From positions 1 to 64,000 of IMG/VR virus record IMGVR_UViG_3300035703_000060: a stretch of 64,000 bases of DNA; one strand, written 5' to 3'. The notes below the pieces were generated by a model. That model ran no database searches and was not told the DNA's origin. It worked only from the letters and a program-made list of their open reading frames with translations. Position numbers and translations under genes: made by a program. This stretch comes from a virus. Of this stretch, positions 58,876 through 64,000 are shown in pieces (the first letter of the stretch is position 1; each line of letters opens with the position of its first letter).

Positions 58876-58919
58876 ACTGAAAAGTGTTATTCGTATAAAT
58901 AATAATAGCACTTTTCAGT
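58876..58919 (+). promoter_or_regulatory. 16-bp hairpin with late promoter TATAAATA in its loop
   Basis: ACTGAAAAGTGTTATT (58876-58891) / AATAGCACTTTTCAGT (58904-58919); TATAAATA at 58894-58901. Confidence 0.8.
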
Positions 58920-58924
58920 TTATT

Positions 58925-59434
58925 ATGCCTTATTCAAGAGAACAAAAAATTGAATATAATAAAAAATATCGTCAAAAAATGACGGAAGAACAAAAGGAAG
59001 CAAAGCGTCTTGCTGACAGAGAATACTATCATAAAAATAAAGAAAAATGTAATGAACGTAATTTGCGTTATTATGAAAATCACAAAGAACGAATAAAAGA
59101 AAATGGAGCGAAAAACAACAAAAAAAGACGCCAAAATTTAAGAGAACAAGCAAAACAAAAACTTGGTGGAAAATGTGTGTGGTGTGAAACGACTGAAAAT
59201 CTTGAATTTGACCATATAGACCCAGCACAAAAATCTTTAACTATCGGAAAACTTGATTGTTCTCTTGAACTATGGTGGAAGGAAGTTGAGAAGTGTCGTC
59301 TTCTTTGTAAAATCTGTCACAAAAAACATAGTGATGCTGAAATGGTAGCAAAACACCTCTATTGGATAAATCTTTCTTTTGATGAACGGCAAAAACTTAT
59401 TCAGCAACAACTTGACCAGGAAGCACAATCCTGA
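58925..59434 (+). CDS. free-standing HNH endonuclease with basic repeat N-terminus
   Basis: GGKCVWC...LEFDHID...KCRLLCKICHKKH. ATG 58925 lies downstream of the late promoter; the track start at 58835 overlaps cobS. Confidence 0.85.
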   Translation: MPYSREQKIEYNKKYRQKMTEEQKEAKRLADREYYHKNKEKCNERNLRYYENHKERIKENGAKNNKKRRQNLREQAKQKLGGKCVWCETTENLEFDHIDPAQKSLTIGKLDCSLELWWKEVEKCRLLCKICHKKHSDAEMVAKHLYWINLSFDERQKLIQQQLDQEAQS

Positions 59435-59440
59435 TATAAT
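59412..59440 (+). promoter_or_regulatory. sigma70-type promoter
   Basis: TTGACC, 17 nt, TG-A-TATAAT. Confidence 0.8.
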
Positions 59441-59490
59441 TGGGGAAGGTAAAAAATGTGCCTTTCCTTTGTTCTTTATTTTGAAAAAGT

Positions 59491-60009
59491 ATGTCCGAAA
59501 ACTTTGAAAGCACTTACGAAAACACAATTCCAAAATCCAAAGACTATACAGTTCTTGGTGGATCAAGTTCTACTGATACAATTTCTTTTTCAGGATCTCG
59601 ACTTTCTGGTGGAATTTATGATTCTTCTCAGGATTACTGGTATGAAGATGGTATCAGTTTGACTGGAAATCCTTATTCTGCACCCGATACAATTACTTTT
59701 AATTTGAATATGCCTGAAGACACAAACAAAAACGGTTTCTGGAAGTATAACGAAGATAAAATCCTGAAACAACTTGAAGAGTATATTGCCAGCACTTATC
59801 GTCAGCATTATGTTGATCGAACTGGTGGTGGAAAGGAACAAACTCTCGATAAGATCAAACACAATCGCCGTGAAGGATTTTGCGCTGGTAACGTAACTAA
59901 GTATATTGATCGGTATGATACGAAAGGAACTCCTCGTGCGGATTTGTTCAAGGTTCTCCATTATACTATTCTTCTGATTAATCACCTCAATCTTATTGAA
60001 AACAAGTGA
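59491..60009 (+). CDS. DUF3310-like conserved phage protein
   Basis: KYNEDKIL...TYRQHY, GFCAGNVTKYIDRY..KG...DL.KVLHY. Confidence 0.7.
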   Translation: MSENFESTYENTIPKSKDYTVLGGSSSTDTISFSGSRLSGGIYDSSQDYWYEDGISLTGNPYSAPDTITFNLNMPEDTNKNGFWKYNEDKILKQLEEYIASTYRQHYVDRTGGGKEQTLDKIKHNRREGFCAGNVTKYIDRYDTKGTPRADLFKVLHYTILLINHLNLIENK

Positions 60010-60692
60010 AACTTCAAAATAAAACTATGAAACTCTCTGAAAATACTCTCACAATCCTCAAGAATTTTGCGGGTATTAATAATTCAATTCTTGTGAAACA
60101 GGGAACTAAACTCCGTACAATTTCTGTAGCCAAGAACATTCTTGCTGAAGCGGAAATTACTGAGGATTTTCCACGTCAGTTTGCTCTTTATGATCTTAAT
60201 CAATTTTTGAATGGATTGAGTCTCCATAAAGATCCTGACTTAGATTTTACCGACAATTCCTATATCACAATTCGTGAAGGTAAACGAAAGGTCAAGTATT
60301 TTTATGCAGATCCAAATGTAATTGTTTCTCCTCCAGAAAAGGAAATTCAACTTCCTTCTAAAGATGTATGTTTCCAACTGGATAGTGTTACTTTGGAAAA
60401 ACTTCTTAAAGCATCAGCAGTTTATCAACTCCCAGATCTTTCTGCTGTTGGTGAAGCAGGAGTTATTCGTCTTGTTGTTCGTGATAAAAAGAATGACACT
60501 TCGAATGAATACTCAATTACAGTTGGTGAAACTGATAAAGAGTTTGTCTTTAATTTCAAAGTTGAAAACATTAAAATCATTCCTGGTGCCTATGACGTGA
60601 TTGTGTCAGAAAAATTACTGTCACAGTTCACGAATTCTGCCTACAATCTGAAGTATTATATTGCTCTGGAACCTGATTCCTCTTTCAACTGA
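60006..60692 (+). CDS. gp45: sliding clamp gp45
   Basis: MKLS..TL.ILKNFAGIN.S, FALYDLNQFL, YYIALE. Alternative start at 60027. Confidence 0.95.
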   Translation: MKLQNKTMKLSENTLTILKNFAGINNSILVKQGTKLRTISVAKNILAEAEITEDFPRQFALYDLNQFLNGLSLHKDPDLDFTDNSYITIREGKRKVKYFYADPNVIVSPPEKEIQLPSKDVCFQLDSVTLEKLLKASAVYQLPDLSAVGEAGVIRLVVRDKKNDTSNEYSITVGETDKEFVFNFKVENIKIIPGAYDVIVSEKLLSQFTNSAYNLKYYIALEPDSSFN

Positions 60693-61123
60693 TGCATTTT
60701 CTTCTTTATCTTTCTCCCGAAGGCACTGAAATCTACAATATGATTTCAAGAAAAGTTCGGGTAGTTGAAAACACCCCTATCTGTCGCAAGTATGACATTT
60801 TTGGGTGGTATCAGAACACAACCAAAACTATGGTTTTTTGTACTGATAAAATTGTTTCTAAAGGAAATCCCAAGTATTATGTAAATGAAACTCTCTTTCA
60901 CGAAGCTGCTCATGTTGCTCAGGCATGTAGGCAAAATATGAAAGAAGTAAAACCATTTGGGATTTCTCCCACTAAAATGCATCTTTCTGATGTTAGAAAA
61001 AATGATTTGAAACTATCTTATTCTATTGGGGGTAATGAAGTTCTGTCCATTGAGCGAGAAGCATATTGGATGGAAGATAAACCAGATCAAGTTAAGTATG
61101 TACTTCAAAAGTATTGTTTTTGA
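60692..61123 (+). CDS. HExxH-containing putative metallopeptidase
   Basis: ETLFHEAAHVAQAC...EREAY. Confidence 0.6.
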   Translation: MHFLLYLSPEGTEIYNMISRKVRVVENTPICRKYDIFGWYQNTTKTMVFCTDKIVSKGNPKYYVNETLFHEAAHVAQACRQNMKEVKPFGISPTKMHLSDVRKNDLKLSYSIGGNEVLSIEREAYWMEDKPDQVKYVLQKYCF

Positions 61124-61125
61124 TC

Positions 61126-61638
61126 ATGAACATTTTTGTGACGCATAAATTTCCGGCAGAAAGTGCAATTGTACTTCCTGACAAATTAGTGGTGAAAATG
61201 CCTTTAGAGGCGTGTCAAATGCTCTCTATCGTGGCATCGGGCAAGTGGGGACATGGATACGGTACTCTCCCCAAGGCAGATGGAACCCCGTACAAGACCG
61301 AAAAGGGGGCATTCCGCAATCATCCCTGTACCAAGTGGGCGCTGGAAAGTATCCATAATGCTTACTGGTTGATCAAGCATGGTTTGAACTTGTGCGATGA
61401 GTACACTTTGAGGTATAATAAGGTTCATGCCTGCTATAAGACTCTTGTAGATGCTTATTACTTGTTTCCTAAAGGGAAGATTACTGAAGTAACATCATTT
61501 GCCCGTGCTATGCCCGATGAGTATAAACTTGACACAAGCATTGACACTTTTACTGCTTACAAGATGTATATCGCATCCAAACCTTGGGTTGCATCTAATT
61601 ATCTTCGTATGCCACAACGAAAACCTGAATGGATCTAA
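61126..61638 (+). CDS. pyrimidine-dimer DNA glycosylase / endonuclease V-like protein
   Basis: MNIF...A..LPDK.VVKM.LE.CQML, NHPCTKW, L.DEY..RY.K.H, AMPDEYK. Confidence 0.75.
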   Translation: MNIFVTHKFPAESAIVLPDKLVVKMPLEACQMLSIVASGKWGHGYGTLPKADGTPYKTEKGAFRNHPCTKWALESIHNAYWLIKHGLNLCDEYTLRYNKVHACYKTLVDAYYLFPKGKITEVTSFARAMPDEYKLDTSIDTFTAYKMYIASKPWVASNYLRMPQRKPEWI

Positions 61639-61641
61639 ATT

Positions 61642-61989
61642 ATGAACTCTATTTATTCTGAATGGAACCCTAAGTTAATGGAGGTTTTTTCTCCAAAAGA
61701 GTTAATTATTTTGGAAAATGTGATGATGTATCTGCAGTACGAAAATAATATTGCATATCAAGACAGTATGTATGAAACTGCGCGAGATAGTGGGGAAGAA
61801 TCTGAGTATCTTGATGTTATTCCTGGTGAAGATCGTGAAGTTCAAGAATATAAAGTCTTTAACGACATTTATAAAAAACTTATGATCATTCATGAGGTAA
61901 AATTTGAAGAACTTCCTGAAAATTTAATGACTGAACCAAAATATTCATCAAATATGTCTAACCAGTTTCGTCAAGCAATTATGGGTTGA
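61642..61989 (+). CDS. hypothetical acidic protein
   Basis: 115-aa ORF tightly packed between its neighbours. Confidence 0.6.
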   Translation: MNSIYSEWNPKLMEVFSPKELIILENVMMYLQYENNIAYQDSMYETARDSGEESEYLDVIPGEDREVQEYKVFNDIYKKLMIIHEVKFEELPENLMTEPKYSSNMSNQFRQAIMG

Positions 61990-61991
61990 TT

Positions 61992-62936
61992 ATGACAAGT
62001 GAATTTCTTTATGTGGAAAAGTATCGTCCTCAAGTGATTGAGGATTGTATTCTTCCTGATGATACTAAAAAAACGTTTAAGGAGTTTGTAGAGAAGGGTG
62101 AGATTCCAAATCTCCTTCTTGCTGGACCTCCTGGTATTGGTAAAACAACTATTGCTAAAGCATTATGTAATGAATTGGGGGCAGATTATTATGTCATCAA
62201 CGGATCCGACGAAGGGCGTTTCCTGGATACTGTACGGAACCAAGCAAAGAACTTCGCTTCGACCGTTTCACTTACGGGATCTTCTAAACACAAAGTCATC
62301 ATTATCGATGAGGCGGATAACACAGGCAACGATGTACAACTCCTACTACGGGCGAATATTGAGGCATTTTATAACAACTGCCGATTCATCTTCACCTGTA
62401 ATTACAAGAACAAGATTATTGAACCTCTCCACTCCCGATGTGCAGTCATTGACTTCAACATTAAAGGAAAACAGAAGCAGCAACTGGCAGGAAGTTTCTT
62501 CAAAAGAGTTCTCCAAATCTTGGATCAGGAAAAAATTGAGTATGATGAAAAAGTTGTTGTTGAACTAGTTACCAAACACTTTCCAGATTTTCGTAGGGTT
62601 CTTAACGAATGCCAAAGATACTCTACTGGGGGAAAAATTGACTCTGGCATTCTTGCATCTTTCTCTGACATTTCTGTAAATGAACTTATTAAAAATCTCA
62701 AGGATAAGAACTTTCCTGAAGTCCGAAAGTGGGTGGTCTCCAACTTGGACAACGATGCTTCTAGTTTACTTCGCAGGATTTATGACGCCTCTTATGATTG
62801 CCTTGTTCCCGCATCTATCCCTGCTGCCGTTCTTGTTATTGCTAAGTATCAATACCAATGTGCGTTCGTGGCTGATCAGGAAATTAACCTTCTAGCGGCA
62901 TTAACTGAACTAATGTGTGAGGTTGAATTCAAATGA
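61992..62936 (+). CDS. gp44: clamp loader large subunit gp44
   Basis: VEKYRPQ, GPPGIGKTT, IIDEAD, PLHSRC, FPDFRR. Confidence 0.96.
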   Translation: MTSEFLYVEKYRPQVIEDCILPDDTKKTFKEFVEKGEIPNLLLAGPPGIGKTTIAKALCNELGADYYVINGSDEGRFLDTVRNQAKNFASTVSLTGSSKHKVIIIDEADNTGNDVQLLLRANIEAFYNNCRFIFTCNYKNKIIEPLHSRCAVIDFNIKGKQKQQLAGSFFKRVLQILDQEKIEYDEKVVVELVTKHFPDFRRVLNECQRYSTGGKIDSGILASFSDISVNELIKNLKDKNFPEVRKWVVSNLDNDASSLLRRIYDASYDCLVPASIPAAVLVIAKYQYQCAFVADQEINLLAALTELMCEVEFK

Positions 62937-63139
62937 ATTTATATAAAGTTGATTATAAGTCTTTAAAAGAAGAACGTGTTAAGACTACTCCTGAAAATGT
63001 AAGGGAAGCAAACGAAGCGTTGTTTCGTGCTAAAATGACTCTTCCTGCTGCTGCAAAGCATTGTGGCATGACGCAGAAAGAAATGAAAATGACCTTTCTT
63101 GAGTATTTAAAGTACCATCCCACTGATTATGAAGTCTAA
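62933..63139 (+). CDS. small hypothetical protein with HTH-like segment
   Basis: MTLPAAAKHCGMTQKEMK; ATGA overlap with gp44. Confidence 0.6.
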   Translation: MNLYKVDYKSLKEERVKTTPENVREANEALFRAKMTLPAAAKHCGMTQKEMKMTFLEYLKYHPTDYEV

Positions 63140-63719
63140 TTTTTCTAAACTCCAACCAAAGCAAAAGGATCGTGTTGAAACTTACTGTAGAATTGCTTTT
63201 AATGCTCTAAAGGCAAATGTAGACGAATGGTTTTCTAAGCGAAATTGTAAAGATACAACTCGTGCAATCACTCATTCATTTTATAACACAGTACATTCTC
63301 TTTCAATTCCTTCTGGATTAATTAGTGTTGAAGCAGTAGAAAAGAAAAAACAAGAACCTGAATGGGCTCTTTGTAAAGATCATTGTTATTCTCCACAATT
63401 TGTTGGTAGAATGATCATGGATAACTCTGATAAGTATTTGAATGATTATGATCTTTATCGAGAATTGTTCATCATGGCATGTACAACTATCATCGTTACT
63501 CCAGAAGAAAACAGAAGTCTATCATTTTTGACCTCTAATAGGAATAATGAGTTTAAAATATATGCCCATACTGATCAAAAATATCAACATTTAAATATTC
63601 AGTTGTTAGAAAAAGCAGAAGGTGCAAAGTGGTATAATAAAGATATGAAACCTGCCAGTAACTACATTGAAACACCAACTGAACTTATTGAATATGAAAC
63701 CCAGTTCTTAATCGTATGA
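63129..63719 (+). CDS. hypothetical protein
   Basis: 196-aa ORF overlapping both neighbours. Confidence 0.65.
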   Translation: MKSNFSKLQPKQKDRVETYCRIAFNALKANVDEWFSKRNCKDTTRAITHSFYNTVHSLSIPSGLISVEAVEKKKQEPEWALCKDHCYSPQFVGRMIMDNSDKYLNDYDLYRELFIMACTTIIVTPEENRSLSFLTSNRNNEFKIYAHTDQKYQHLNIQLLEKAEGAKWYNKDMKPASNYIETPTELIEYETQFLIV

Positions 63720-64000
63720 GTTTATTATCCGAAAGTGATGCTATTTGGGCAGCAGATCAATTTATACAATATTATTCTAAGTTTAATCGCATTGATGATT
63801 ATATGCGATTTGTAAAACAAAGTAGAATTGAAAATTCTTCTGGAAAATTATTTGGTCCTGAAGAGGAAATATTTTCTGACTTTTCAGTTGAACCAAATAG
63901 TATGTCTTTTACAATTCATGAGGTGGACACTAGTTCTAAACCAAAGACAAAGTATAATCAGGAATTGTATTCTGAAATTTTAAATATGACTGCTTCTAAT
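63716..64000 (+). CDS. conserved cyanophage protein, truncated by window end
   Basis: MSLLSESDAIWAADQFIQYYSKFNRIDDYMRFVK..., open to the window edge. Confidence 0.65.
   Translation, partial: MSLLSESDAIWAADQFIQYYSKFNRIDDYMRFVKQSRIENSSGKLFGPEEEIFSDFSVEPNSMSFTIHEVDTSSKPKTKYNQELYSEILNMTASN

Noticed and set aside
58835-58924. Track start of the second HNH at 58835 (also early starts at 54225, 1543 and 157)
   Set aside because: These extensions overlap upstream genes or promoter elements. Downstream ATGs fit the regulatory signals better.
57724-59434. Group I intron or intein hosting the HNH in cobS
   Set aside because: The AAA+ ORF is complete before the HNH, there is no substantial downstream exon, and the intergenic space is too short for an intron core.
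1-64000. tRNA, rRNA, CRISPR arrays, photosystem genes (psbA, hli)
   Set aside because: None was recognised. Intergenic gaps are short and are accounted for by promoters and terminators. A tRNAscan/Infernal run would be needed to exclude small RNAs formally.

Overview
This window is 64 kb of an AT-rich T4-like myovirus genome. Gene content and order match T4-like cyanomyophages (Kyanoviridae type); a cyanobacterial host is inferred, not shown. All credible genes lie on the + strand. The order is: small accessory genes (HNH endonuclease, glycosyltransferase-like gene, speD); baseplate gp25-gp6-gp7-gp8 and a VrlC-like protein; neck and tail gp13-14-15; terminase gp16...gp17; gp18-19-20; head gp21-22-23; gp3-uvsY-uvsW; gp55-47-46; a nucleotide-sugar dehydrogenase; a VWA protein plus MoxR/CobS-like AAA+ pair; a second HNH; gp45 and gp44. 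I saw no tRNA, rRNA or CRISPR array. Most notable: (1) a candidate head-cargo system, made of late-promoter genes with T4-type capsid-targeting N-termini (one fused to an RlpA lytic transglycosylase) and modular basic polyproteins punctuated by gp21-type x-x-E sites that share exact 16-18 nt DNA blocks; (2) an unannotated NblA-like ORF inside the structural operon; (3) late promoters embedded in hairpins that cover translation starts (HNH, uvsW); (4) an antisense sigma70 promoter upstream of gp55; (5) a duplicated palindrome/terminator/-10 element in front of the VWA and AAA+ genes. All calls come from reading motifs by eye; no searches were run.
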